From an uncultured Candidatus Rokubacteria bacterium (GTDB lineage Bacteria > Methylomirabilota > Methylomirabilia > Rokubacteriales > CSP1-6): 64,000 bases of DNA. Position numbers and translations under genes: made by a program. The notes below the pieces were generated by a model. That model saw nothing but the letters and a program-made list of their open reading frames with translations, was not told where the DNA came from and did not search any database. Position 1 is the first letter of the stretch. Every line of letters starts with the position of its first letter. Where the stretch lies: contig CAVWWD010000003.1 of the NCBI GenBank assembly GCA_963758635.1, positions 352,001 through 416,000 on the forward strand. Reading direction: 5' to 3'. Shown one piece after another: positions 46,575 through 55,771 of this stretch.

Positions 46575-47060
46575 TCACTTGACTTGGCGCAGCCGCACCC
46601 GCGCCGCCCCGCGGCCGTCGAGGAGCCACAGGAGCGGCCCCTCGTGGCGATATCTGGTCGTCTCGTTCAGGGCGACTTGGAGGAGCCTCCACTGGCGCAT
46701 GTACTCCTCGGGGCAGCCTCTCGCCGTCCACGGTCCTCCGTCGATCTTGAGGGCCTGCCCGCCAGGGGCCGAGATCGACGCCATCATGTTGTTGCAGGCC
46801 TCGACGAGAATTCCGCCCGTGGGCGGGAAGCTCACGAGCGGGTATCCCGGGGGCGGCAGGAAGCGCTCGCCGCCCAGCGCCGGCCGCCCGTCGATTTCCT
46901 CGATGACCCACTTGGTGCCGCTGAGGGCGAACGTCCCGGTGACCGGAGGCCGCTCGTAGGGGCTGCGCGCTTGCGCGGGCGCAGGTCTGGGCGTCGCGCC
47001 GACGCAGGCGCCCGCGAGCATTAGGGCGAACGCGACGACGCGAAGGCGTCCGCCGCTCAT
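46575..47060 (-). CDS. META (HslJ-like) domain exported protein or lipoprotein
   Basis: Signal ...LAGAC; LSGTKWVIEEIDG, ACN, TARGC. Confidence 0.72.
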   Translation of the reverse strand: MSGGRLRVVAFALMLAGACVGATPRPAPAQARSPYERPPVTGTFALSGTKWVIEEIDGRPALGGERFLPPPGYPLVSFPPTGGILVEACNNMMASISAPGGQALKIDGGPWTARGCPEEYMRQWRLLQVALNETTRYRHEGPLLWLLDGRGAARVRLRQVK

Positions 47061-47266
47061 GCCGCCTCGCCGACGATTGGCACCAGCCTCGCCGTCTCAC
47101 CGGCTAGCTCGGGCAGGAGCAGCCACTCCTGCCGGTGCCCGCAGTGATTCACCGCCGAGGCTTCCGCGAACAGACGCCAGGCGTACATGGGGAGATGCTC
47201 GAGGCGCGGATGGTGGATCGGCACGTCGGCGCCGCAGCGGGGGCAGGGCGGGACGCGGTCAGGCAC
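47057..47266 (-). CDS. small Cys/His protein, module B copy 1
   Basis: CPRC...NHCGHRQ...IVGEAA; highly similar to 50624-50833. Confidence 0.7.
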   Translation of the reverse strand: MPDRVPPCPRCGADVPIHHPRLEHLPMYAWRLFAEASAVNHCGHRQEWLLLPELAGETARLVPIVGEAA

Positions 47267-47272
47267 GGAGGG

Positions 47273-48253
47273 TTACTCGATCACCTGGTCTGCTCGGGCG
47301 AGCACCGACGGCGGGATCGTCAGGCCGAGCGCCTTGGCGGTCTTGAGATTGATCACCAGCTCGAACTTGGTCGGCTGCTCCACGGGGAGATCGCCCGGCT
47401 TGGCCCCTTTGAGAATTCGGTCGACGTAGCCAGCCGCGCGGCGATACAAATCGTCGAAATTCGTCCCGTAAGACATGAGGCCGCCAACCTTCACATTCTC
47501 CCCCACTGCCCAGATTGTCGGAAGGCGGCCTTTGATCGCGAACTCGGCGATCCGTCTCCGGTGAGTACCGAGCATCAGGTCCCCAAATACGATCAAGGCT
47601 TCGGGCCGCTCATTTCTCATCACGGCAAAGGCACGGTCGAGATCGTCGGGTCCTGTGGCCTCCAGAGCGCGAAGTGTCACGCCCAGAGCTGGAGCGACCG
47701 CCTGGATCTCTTTCAACTGGAGCGGATTCGTGGGGTTGTCAGGATTCAACAGGACAGCGACACGCGAGGCCGTGGGCACGACTTCCTTCAGGAGTTCGAC
47801 CCGTTTGGTCACCACACCCAGGTTGAAGTCTGATAGCCCTGTGATGTTGCCGCCCGGCCGAGCGAGATTTGTAACCAACCCCGTCCCGACAGGATCGGCG
47901 GCATTTCCGATAACGATGGGGATCACAGTCGTAGCATTCTTCGCAGCGTGGGCGGCGTTCGCGCCTACCGCGACCAAAATGTCGACTCTGAGACGGACCA
48001 GCTCGGTGGCAAGATTGGACAACCGTTCAAATCGTCCGTCAGCATAGCGATACTCGATTATGATGCTTTTCCCGGACACATACCCGAGTTCGCGCAGCGC
48101 TTGCTCGAAAGCAACTACACGGCCCTTGATAACCTCAGCCGCCGGGGTCGCCAGAAACCCTATTCGCGGGATCTTCTTCGCAGGCTGCGCCTCGGCGCCG
48201 CGCGGCGCGGCGAGCAGGCCGAGGGCGCCCAGGAAGGCGCGCCGGTCAAGCAT
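47273..48253 (-). CDS. ABC_sub_bind-type substrate-binding protein 1 (Tat-like signal)
   Basis: DRRAFL, LARPGGNITG, ILKGAKPGDLPVEQPTKFELVINLKTAKALG. Confidence 0.92.
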   Translation of the reverse strand: MLDRRAFLGALGLLAAPRGAEAQPAKKIPRIGFLATPAAEVIKGRVVAFEQALRELGYVSGKSIIIEYRYADGRFERLSNLATELVRLRVDILVAVGANAAHAAKNATTVIPIVIGNAADPVGTGLVTNLARPGGNITGLSDFNLGVVTKRVELLKEVVPTASRVAVLLNPDNPTNPLQLKEIQAVAPALGVTLRALEATGPDDLDRAFAVMRNERPEALIVFGDLMLGTHRRRIAEFAIKGRLPTIWAVGENVKVGGLMSYGTNFDDLYRRAAGYVDRILKGAKPGDLPVEQPTKFELVINLKTAKALGLTIPPSVLARADQVIE

Positions 48254-48563
48254 CGCGGGCCACCTGCCGCGCCATCGTGGCCGCCGTGGACGCGGCACGG
48301 ATGTCCTTGTGCGTGATCCGGAACACGGGCACACCCTGTTCGTCACGCACCCACTGCGCGATGGCGAAGTTGCGCGGGTCCGCGTACCGCGTGAGCTGCA
48401 GGTCGTACCCCTGGCGCGCCATGCCCGTCTCGAGGTCGCCGATGGCGCGCCACGTGTCGAGCCAGCCGTGCAGCGCACGGACGCCCGGATGATCAGGTAG
48501 CGGCATGGTGGCGGCTTCGACGGTGAGCCAGAGCAGGCGCGCGCGAGGGTTGAGCATCGTCAC
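48246..48563 (-). CDS. hypothetical protein, module A copy 1
   Basis: WLDTW...GMARQGYDLQLTRY joined to a WVRDE...AATMAR tail. Confidence 0.6.
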   Translation of the reverse strand: MTMLNPRARLLWLTVEAATMPLPDHPGVRALHGWLDTWRAIGDLETGMARQGYDLQLTRYADPRNFAIAQWVRDEQGVPVFRITHKDIRAASTAATMARQVARDA

Positions 48564-49555
48564 TCGATCACGTGGTCGGCCCGCGCCAGCAGCGACGGCG
48601 GGATCGTCAGGCCGAGGGCGCGGGCTGCCTTGAGGTTGATGATCAGCTCGAACTTCGTCGGTTGCTCGATCGGCAGGTCGGCAGGCTTGGCGCCCTTCAG
48701 GATTTTGTCGACGTAAGCCGCGACGCGCCGATAGATCTCGACGAGATCCGCGCTATAGGAGATCAGCCCGCCTGCCTCGACGAAGAGCCGGAGGACATAC
48801 ATGGTGGGGAGCCGGCTCTTTGCAGCAAGCTCCGCGATTCGCCCAGCGTGCCTGTCGAAGAACCCGCCCGCGAGCACGAGGAGAGCGCCGGCGCGCGCGC
48901 CAGTCGCCGCCTTGAGCGCCCGCTCGATCTCGCCGGCATCTCGAATCTCGAGCGAGAGCAGCTTCCACCCCCGCTCCCTGGCAGCGGCCTCGGCCGCCTG
49001 CCAAGTCAGGAGGTTGGTTCGATGCCAGAGGACCGCCACTGTCGCCGCACCCGGGACGAGCTCCTTGAGCAGCTCGAGCCGCTTCCCGGTGATCTCTATC
49101 GACTGAAGGCTCAGCCCCGTGAAGTTCCCGCCCGGTCGTCCGAGGCTCTGGACAACCCCCTGGCCCACGGGGTCGCTGGCGCCCGCCATGACCACGGGGA
49201 TCGTCGAGGTTGCCTGCTTCAGCGCGCGCAGCATAGGCGATCCGGCGACGATCACGTCTACAGGGAGACGGACCACCTCGGCCGCGAGGCTGGGGAAGCG
49301 CTCCGGCTTGCCCTCGCCCCCGCGAGGCTCGGTCACGAAATGGGCGCCATACACGTAGCCAAGCTCGCGCAAGCCGCGCAGGAGCGCGTTGACCAACGGG
49401 GACTGGGGCTGGGGCCCGACCATTTCGGAGGTCATGGAAGTAGGACTCAGGATCCCGATCCGATAGACCTTGCGCGCGGGCTGGGCGAGGGCGGCGCAGG
49501 GCACCGCGAGGGTCGCGAGGGCGAGGGCGCCGAGGAAGGCGCGCCGGTCCATCAT
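48560..49555 (-). CDS. ABC_sub_bind-type substrate-binding protein 2
   Basis: Same family motifs, intact ORF. Confidence 0.92.
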   Translation of the reverse strand: MMDRRAFLGALALATLAVPCAALAQPARKVYRIGILSPTSMTSEMVGPQPQSPLVNALLRGLRELGYVYGAHFVTEPRGGEGKPERFPSLAAEVVRLPVDVIVAGSPMLRALKQATSTIPVVMAGASDPVGQGVVQSLGRPGGNFTGLSLQSIEITGKRLELLKELVPGAATVAVLWHRTNLLTWQAAEAAARERGWKLLSLEIRDAGEIERALKAATGARAGALLVLAGGFFDRHAGRIAELAAKSRLPTMYVLRLFVEAGGLISYSADLVEIYRRVAAYVDKILKGAKPADLPIEQPTKFELIINLKAARALGLTIPPSLLARADHVIE

Positions 49556-49704
49556 CGCGTGCCGTCCTGGAGCTTCCGCGCGAGCGTCGCGGCGATCGTG
49601 GCGGCCTTGATGCCCTGCTTCGCGATCCGGTAGACGGGCTCGCCAGCTTCGTCGCGGACCCAGGCGAGGACGGCGAAGTCGTGTAGGTCGAGCTGGAGGA
49701 TCAC
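49552..49704 (-). CDS. hypothetical protein, module A copy 2
   Basis: FAVLAWVRDEAGEPVYRIAKQGIKAATIAATLARKL, similar to the tail of 48246-48563. Confidence 0.55.
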   Translation of the reverse strand: MILQLDLHDFAVLAWVRDEAGEPVYRIAKQGIKAATIAATLARKLQDGTR

Positions 49705-49904
49705 GGGCGCGCGCTCCGCTTTTTGCGACGGCGCCTCGGGTGCAGGCTGTCCACCAACTCTAGCAGGGCCACGGCGGCCTGGCGGAGCGCCTCGATCCGG
49801 CGCCACCGACTCAGCTCCGCTCGGCAGCGGGAGCTGCACGCCGCGGTCCGGCCCTCGGGCATCGGCTTGCCGCACACGCCGCATGGCTGGCGGGAGCCTA
49901 GCAC
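49701..49904 (-). CDS. small zinc-finger-like protein
   Basis: CGVCG...CSSRC. Confidence 0.5.
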   Translation of the reverse strand: MLGSRQPCGVCGKPMPEGRTAACSSRCRAELSRWRRIEALRQAAVALLELVDSLHPRRRRKKRSARP

Positions 49905-49972
49905 GGGGCGCTGTAGCCCGCACGTGCGGGGTCAGGGTGCGTCTCAAGCGATGAGATGGGGGTCGGCATAGG

Positions 49973-50362
49973 TCAGGCGGTGCTCTTCGCTGGAGGGCGC
50001 CCAGCGGCTTCGGGCGTCGGGTCGTCCACGGGCAGCCACGCGGCGGCAGCGGGCTCGGGAGGGGCGGGGCCGCGGCTCGGTCCTGAGGCGACGGCTTGGT
50101 CAAGAAGTGGATGGACAGACGTGTACACGTTCGGCCAACGCGTAGTTCCGTCCTCAACAATCAGGTACTCGATCACCACGGTTCCGGCGATTCCTTGCCT
50201 TCGGGCCTCGAGCGGATAATCCGGATTCGGGGCGTGGACGAAGCGGGGGACGCCTTGCGGGACGGAGGGGAGTGGCTGCTGGGTCGCCGGCTGCTGGGTC
50301 GCCGCGCATCCGGCAAGTCCGAAGATGACCAGGGTAACCAGCAGCCGCGTAACCGCGGTCAC
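49973..50362 (-). CDS. TonB C-terminal-domain lipoprotein (3' end uncertain)
   Basis: LAGC lipobox; PDYPLEARRQGIAGTVVIEYLIVEDG...LLDQA. Confidence 0.72.
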   Translation of the reverse strand: MTAVTRLLVTLVIFGLAGCAATQQPATQQPLPSVPQGVPRFVHAPNPDYPLEARRQGIAGTVVIEYLIVEDGTTRWPNVYTSVHPLLDQAVASGPSRGPAPPEPAAAAWLPVDDPTPEAAGRPPAKSTA

Positions 50363-50469
50363 GCCGCCTCCCCCACGATCAGCACCAGCCGCGCCGTCTC
50401 GCGGTCGAAGGGGAGAAGGACCCATGTCTGCCTGTGGCCGCACCAGTTCCTCCCGCGAGGGGGCCCCAT
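50359..50469 (-). CDS. module B copy 3 (truncated, 36 aa)
   Basis: Manual translation MGPPRGRNWCGHRQTWVLLPFDRETARLVLIVGEAA. Confidence 0.55.
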   Translation of the reverse strand: MGPPRGRNWCGHRQTWVLLPFDRETARLVLIVGEAA

Positions 50470-50624
50470 CACGGCGCGCCCTGGCCGCACCTGATCCGCG
50501 CGCACTCTTGCGCACGCTCCCGTTCGCGCTCGGCCCAGGTCCGCTCGATCAGTTCGCGCTGTTCGGGCGTGATGGAGCAGGCCACTAGCATGAGGATCGC
50601 GAGGAGCAGCGCGGCCACGGCCAT
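50469..50624 (-). CDS. 51-aa putative lipoprotein
   Basis: Manual translation MAVAALLLAILMLVACSITPEQRELIERTW...; LVAC lipobox; TGATG overlaps at both ends. Confidence 0.55.
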   Translation of the reverse strand: MAVAALLLAILMLVACSITPEQRELIERTWAERERERAQECARIRCGQGAP

Positions 50625-50833
50625 CACGCCGCCTCGCCCAGGATCGGCACCAGCCGTGCCGTCACGCCATCGCGCGTCGGGAGCAGCACGTACTCCTGCC
50701 GGTGGCCGCAGTGATTCACGGCCGAGGCTTCCGCGAACAGGCGCCAGCCGTACCTGGGGAGGTGCTCGAGGCGCGGGTGGTGGACGGGCACCTCGGCGCT
50801 GCAGCGCGGGCAGGGCGGGACGCGGTCAGGCAC
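50624..50833 (-). CDS. small Cys/His protein, module B copy 2
   Basis: Highly similar to 47057-47266. Confidence 0.7.
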   Translation of the reverse strand: MPDRVPPCPRCSAEVPVHHPRLEHLPRYGWRLFAEASAVNHCGHRQEYVLLPTRDGVTARLVPILGEAA

Positions 50834-50840
50834 GGGAGGA

Positions 50841-51836
50841 TTACTCGATCACCTGGTCGGCCCGCTGGAGCAGTGCCGGCGGGATCGTGAGGCCGAGCGC
50901 CTTGGCAGTCTTGAGGTTGACCACCAGCTCGAACTTCGTCGGCTGCTCCACGGGCAGGTCGCCAGGCTTGGCGCCCTTCAGAATCTTGTCGACGAACATA
51001 GAGAGGCGCTGCGGCATCTCTCGCTCATCTTCGCCGTACGCCATGAGTCCTCCCTCGAAGGCAAAAGCCCCGAGCATGTACATCGCCGGCAGTCGGTGCC
51101 GGGCCGCAAGGTCCAGGATCTGTCTCCGGTGAATCCAGGTGACGGGCTGGTATGGCACTAAGAGCGCTCCGAAGCCGTCCCCGAGGAGGGCCTTGATAGC
51201 TCTGTCGATGTCGTCCGGGCCCTGCACCGGCCACGAACGGAAGATCAGGCCCAACGCCTTGGCCCCGGCCTCCAATGCGGTCTGGTGACTGGTCACGGGG
51301 GGGGCGATGGCTGAGGGGGCGGCCCGGTTGAGGCCCGCCACTTTGGTGACGGTCGGTGCGACCTGTTTCAGCAGCTGCAGTCGCTTCCCCATGATCTCCG
51401 GGTCCTGATCGTCGGAGAGCCCCGTGACGTTACCGCCGGGTCGGGCAAGGCTGGCCACGACTCCGATGCCGACCGGATCGGTGATGCCCCACATCACGAT
51501 GGGAATCGTGGTCGTCGCCCGCTTGGCGGCCGCTGTCACTGGCCCCCCGCGTGTCATGAGGAGATCTGGCTTGAGGCGCATCAGCTCGGTGACCAACTGC
51601 GGAGCCCTCTCGTACTGTCCTTCCACGTAACGCCATTCGACGACAACGTTTTGGCCTTCGACCCATCCACGCTCACGGAGGCGCTCGCGCAAAGCGGCCT
51701 GAAGGAGCCGCTCCTGGTCGGGTCCTCCCGAGCTGAGGACAGCGATGCGGTACACCTTCCCCGTCGGCTGCGCCTCGGCGGCGCGCGGCGCGGCGAGGAG
51801 GGCGAGGGCGCCGAGGAAGGCGCGCCGGTCGATCAC
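50841..51836 (-). CDS. ABC_sub_bind-type substrate-binding protein 3
   Basis: GTG ATC GAC CGG CGC start; family motifs, intact. Confidence 0.92.
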   Translation of the reverse strand: MIDRRAFLGALALLAAPRAAEAQPTGKVYRIAVLSSGGPDQERLLQAALRERLRERGWVEGQNVVVEWRYVEGQYERAPQLVTELMRLKPDLLMTRGGPVTAAAKRATTTIPIVMWGITDPVGIGVVASLARPGGNVTGLSDDQDPEIMGKRLQLLKQVAPTVTKVAGLNRAAPSAIAPPVTSHQTALEAGAKALGLIFRSWPVQGPDDIDRAIKALLGDGFGALLVPYQPVTWIHRRQILDLAARHRLPAMYMLGAFAFEGGLMAYGEDEREMPQRLSMFVDKILKGAKPGDLPVEQPTKFELVVNLKTAKALGLTIPPALLQRADQVIE

Positions 51837-52804
51837 TCGATCACCTGGTCCGCCCGCGCCAGCAGCGACGGCGGGATCGTCAGGCCGAGCGCCTTGGCGG
51901 TCTTGCAGGTTGATGACCAGCTCGAACCTGGTGGGCTGCTCCACGGGGAGGTCGCCGGCTTCGCGCCCTTGAGGATCTTGTCGACGTACATGGCGGCGAG
52001 GTGATTGAGGTCCGCCGAGACGGGCCCGTAAGCCATCAAGCCCCCGGCTCGCGAAATCTCTCCCCATTCGTACACCGCAGGAACCCGTAGCTTGGCCGTC
52101 GCCTGGATGATCAGCGCGTGCTCGCGAAAGAAACGCGGCCACGACGGGACAAGGACGGCACTCGACCGGCGCCTTACGCATGCCCGCAAACGCCGGACCG
52201 TACTCGTGCGGTGCCAGGCACATCCTGATAACGAGGTGCAATTCGATGACGCTCCGCGACTAGCTCGCAGGTGGGATGGCTCCGACTCGCGACCTGGATT
52301 GAGCACACCGACCTCGCGGAGCCTTCGGCACCGCCTGCAGGAGCAGTTCGAGTCGCTTGGCGTCAAGTTCGGTGGCGAACATGTAGCATCCCGGTGACAT
52401 TGCCCCCCGGCCGCGTGAAACTCGCCACGACGCCGGATTCGATGATGTGCTCGCCGCCCCAAAACGCCATGACGACGGGGATCGTCGCGGTCGCCCGCTT
52501 TGCCGCGACAATCGCGGCGTGGACTCACTGCGACGATGATGTCGACCCGGCTTCGGACCAGTTCAGCGGCGAGTTCTGGCAGCCGGTCGAGATCGTCCTC
52601 GGCCGAACGGATCTCGATCTCACGGTCTGCCCGTCGACGTAGCCGAGGTCGCGCAACCCTGCGAACCAGACGGTGCCCTTGGGATCTGAGTCGGCGGGAG
52701 GTCGAGAAGCCGATGCGGAACACCTTCCCCGCCTGCTGCGCCTCGGCGCCGAGCGGCGCGGCGAGGAGCGCGAGGGTGCCGAGGAAGGCGCGGCGGTCCA
52801 TCAC
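51833..52804 (-). CDS. ABC_sub_bind-type substrate-binding protein 4 (multiple frameshifts)
   Basis: Conserved ends; family motifs split across frames. Confidence 0.8.
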   Translation of the reverse strand: MMDRRAFLGTLALLAAPLGAEAQQAGKVFRIGFSTSRRLRSQGHRLVRRVARPRLRRRADREIEIRSAEDDLDRLPELAAELVRSRVDIIVAVSPRRDCRGKAGDRDDPRRHGVLGRRAHHRIRRRGEFHAAGGQCHRDATCSPPNLTPSDSNCSCRRCRRLREVGVLNPGRESEPSHLRASRGASSNCTSLSGCAWHRTSTVRRLRACVRRRSSAVLVPSWPRFFREHALIIQATAKLRVPAVYEWGEISRAGGLMAYGPVSADLNHLAAMYVDKILKGAKPATSPWSSPPGSSWSSTCKTAKALGLTIPPSLLARADQVIE

Positions 52805-53790
52805 TCGATGACCTGGTCCGCCCGAGCCAGTAGCGACGGCGGGATGGTCAGGCCGAGCGCCTTCGCGGTCTTGAGGTTGATCACCAGCTCGAACTTCGTG
52901 GGCTGTTCGATAGGGAGGTCACCGGGCTTGGAGCCTTTGAGAATCTTGTTCACGTAGGTGGCGGCATGCCGGAACAGAGCCGAAGTGTTCAAGCCATAGA
53001 CGATAAGGCCCCCGACTTCGACAAACTCCCTCCCTCCGTATATGGCGGGTAGCCGGTTCTTGGCCGCCAGGCCCACGAGTCGTCTTCGCTCACCGAAGAA
53101 CATGGAGCTAGGCACCACAGTGAGAGCACCCGCGCGCGCCTTGGTCATTTCCGAGAAGGCCCTGTCGAGATCCGCGGGACCTCGCGCCTCGACGAATTGA
53201 ACCCGCACCCCTAGCGCGCGTGCCGCGACTTCTACCCCGTTCAGCATGTCCTTTTCCGCGCGTTCTTCGCCGTAGCCGCCTGGCTGCCACAGGACAGCGA
53301 CCCGACTGACCCCCTGAACGGCCAGCTTGAGCAGTTCCAGACGCTTGCCGACTAGCCCCTCCTGGGTGAACACGGCCACCCCGGTGACATTGCCGCCCGG
53401 CCGCGCAAGGCTGGTCACGAGCCCGCTAGAAACCGGCTCGGCCGCAGCGAAGACAATGGGAAGAATCCTGGTCGCTTGCTTGGCGGCCAGGGCATGGAGT
53501 GTGCCTCCGGCCAGGATGACATCAACCTTGAGCGCAACCAGTTCGGCCGCAAGAGCGGGGAGCCGCTCGGGCTTACCCTCGGCATCTCGGTATTGGATGA
53601 CGACGTTGCGACCCTCGACGTAACCGAGGTCACGTAGTCCTTGGAGGAAGGCCTCTCGGGTGCCGAGGGAAGTTGCCCCGTCGAGCGACAGGTAGCCTAT
53701 TCGAGCGATCTTGTCCGCTGGCTGCGCCTCGGCGGTGAGCGGCACGGCGAGGAGGGCGAGCGTGCCGAGGAAGGCGCGGCGGTCGATCAC
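52801..53790 (-). CDS. ABC_sub_bind-type substrate-binding protein 5
   Basis: Intact ORF, family motifs. Confidence 0.92.
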   Translation of the reverse strand: MIDRRAFLGTLALLAVPLTAEAQPADKIARIGYLSLDGATSLGTREAFLQGLRDLGYVEGRNVVIQYRDAEGKPERLPALAAELVALKVDVILAGGTLHALAAKQATRILPIVFAAAEPVSSGLVTSLARPGGNVTGVAVFTQEGLVGKRLELLKLAVQGVSRVAVLWQPGGYGEERAEKDMLNGVEVAARALGVRVQFVEARGPADLDRAFSEMTKARAGALTVVPSSMFFGERRRLVGLAAKNRLPAIYGGREFVEVGGLIVYGLNTSALFRHAATYVNKILKGSKPGDLPIEQPTKFELVINLKTAKALGLTIPPSLLARADQVIE

Positions 53791-54779
53791 TCGATCACCT
53801 GGTCCGCCCGCGCTAGCAGCGACGGCGGGATCGTGAGCCCGAGCGCCTTGGCGGTCTTCAGGTTGATCACGAGCTCGAACTTCGTGGGCTGCTCGACCGG
53901 AAGGTCGGCGGGCTTGGCGCCCTTGAGGATCCTGGTGACGAACATCGCTCCCTGTCGCCAGATCGTGATGAGGTCTGGGGCATAGGACATCAGGCCGCCG
54001 GTCTCGACAAATGCGCGGAGGGGATACATGGTGGGAAGCCGGTTTCTCACGGCCAGTTCCGCGATGCGTCGTCTTTCTGTGAACGCCAATGCGCCCCCCA
54101 CGACGAAGAGCGCACTGGCCCGCGCCTCAGTCGCCGCTCTGATGGCCCCATCGATTTCACCAGCGGCTCGAATCTCAAGCGACACCAGCTTCCAGCCCCG
54201 GGCACGGGCGGCGGCTTCAGCCGCCACTAACGAGCGGTGGCCCATTCGATCCCAGAGAACGGCTACGGGCGCTGCACCCGGGACCAGTTCCTTGAGCACC
54301 TCGAGCCGCTTTCCTGCCGTCTCGACGGTCTGAAGGCTCATCCCCGTGAAATTCCCGCCCGGTTGTCCAAGGCTTTGGACGAGACCCCCCGCCGACGGGA
54401 TCAGTGGCCGCGACCATCACGACGGGGATCGTCACCGTCGCCTGCTTGAGCGCCGCCAAGGTTGGCCCCGGCGCGACGATCACGTCGACAGGGAGACGAA
54501 CCAACTCGGCCGCCAGCCCTGGCCAATGCTCCGAACCGGTCACTGCTGCGGGGCTGGGTCACGTAGTGCTCTCCGTAGATGTAGCCGAGCTCCCGCAAGC
54601 CAACTATGAGCGCATTGATGTAGGGGGCCCGGGGCTAGGCCCGACGAAAGTGGGGGAGACGTGGTGACGCCAAAGATGAGCCCCGACGCGGGAACGCGAC
54701 GCGCAGGCTGGGCGCTCGATGCGCGGGGCATGGCGAGGGGTCCGAAAGCGAGGCTGCCGAGGAACGCGCGCCGATCCAT
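53787..54779 (-). CDS. ABC_sub_bind-type substrate-binding protein 6 (frameshifts in the 5' half)
   Basis: Pieces at 54540-54779, 54401-54598, 54217-54543 and 53787-54341. Confidence 0.82.
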
Positions 54780-55771
54780 TACTCGATCACCTGGTCCGCC
54801 CGTGCGAGCAGCGATGGCGGGATCGTGAGGCCGAGCGCCTTGGCGGTCTTGAGGTTGATCACCAGCTCGAATTTGGTGGGTTGCTCGACAGGGAGATCGG
54901 CGGGCTTCGCGCCCTTGAGGATCTTGTCAACGTAGGTGGCGGCCCGCCGGTGGAGATCGAGAAAGCTTGGCCCGTAAGACATGAGACCCCCGTCCTCCAC
55001 ACTCTCCCTGTTGCCGTATGCTGTCGGCAGGCGGCTCCTGGCTGCGAGGTCTGCGAGCCGTGTTCGGTAGGAGCTGAATATCGCATCTGACAGTACGAGG
55101 AGGGCTCCCACGCGCTCTTTGGCCATCGCCGCGAATGCGCCGTCGAACTCGTTCGGACCTCGAGCCTTCAGGAGTTGAAGCTGCACTCCCAACGACCGCG
55201 CCGCGACGTTGACTTCTCTTATCGCGAGCTGGTGGTACGCATTGGCCGGGTTCGAGAGGATGGCCACACGGCGGATCTGGGGGACGGTCTCCTTGAGCAG
55301 CTCCAGTTGTTTGGCGACGGTTTCCAGGCCGGCGTAGCCGGACACTCCTGTGACGTTCCCGCCCGGGCGCGCGAGGCTCGCGATGAGCCCGGTGCCAACA
55401 GGATCGCGAACGGCAATCATGACGATGGGGATCGTCTCGGTGGCGTTCTTGGCTGCCGTCACTCCTTGCGTCCCGAACGATACGATGAGGTCCACTTTGA
55501 GCCGGACCACCTCGGCCGCCAAGTCGGGCAGCCGGTCGACCCGATCCTCCGCATATCGATAGTCGATGACAATATTCTGGCCCTCAACCCACCCAAGCTC
55601 GCGCAGCCTTTGCCGGAACGCGTCGAGCAGGGGCGGCCTATCGGAAGGGGACGTCAAACTAAGAAAACCTATCCGAGGCACCTTTCCCGCCTGCTGCGCG
55701 TCGGCGGCGAGCGGGGCGGCGAGGAGACTCACGGCGAGGACAGCGACGAGTGCGACACCCCTGATCATCAT
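54779..55771 (-). CDS. ABC_sub_bind-type substrate-binding protein 7 (signal lacks RR)
   Basis: Intact ORF, family motifs. Confidence 0.92.
   Translation of the reverse strand: MMIRGVALVAVLAVSLLAAPLAADAQQAGKVPRIGFLSLTSPSDRPPLLDAFRQRLRELGWVEGQNIVIDYRYAEDRVDRLPDLAAEVVRLKVDLIVSFGTQGVTAAKNATETIPIVMIAVRDPVGTGLIASLARPGGNVTGVSGYAGLETVAKQLELLKETVPQIRRVAILSNPANAYHQLAIREVNVAARSLGVQLQLLKARGPNEFDGAFAAMAKERVGALLVLSDAIFSSYRTRLADLAARSRLPTAYGNRESVEDGGLMSYGPSFLDLHRRAATYVDKILKGAKPADLPVEQPTKFELVINLKTAKALGLTIPPSLLARADQVIE

Noticed and set aside
51833..54779. Calling SBP4 and SBP6 true pseudogenes or phase-variable genes
   Set aside because: Cannot be separated from the window-wide indel error rate without reads
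47273..55771. CRISPR array, DGR or integron as the explanation of the repeats
   Set aside because: No short regularly spaced repeats, cas genes, reverse transcriptase, adenine-specific TR/VR pair or attC-like sites seen; the repeats are coding gene ends
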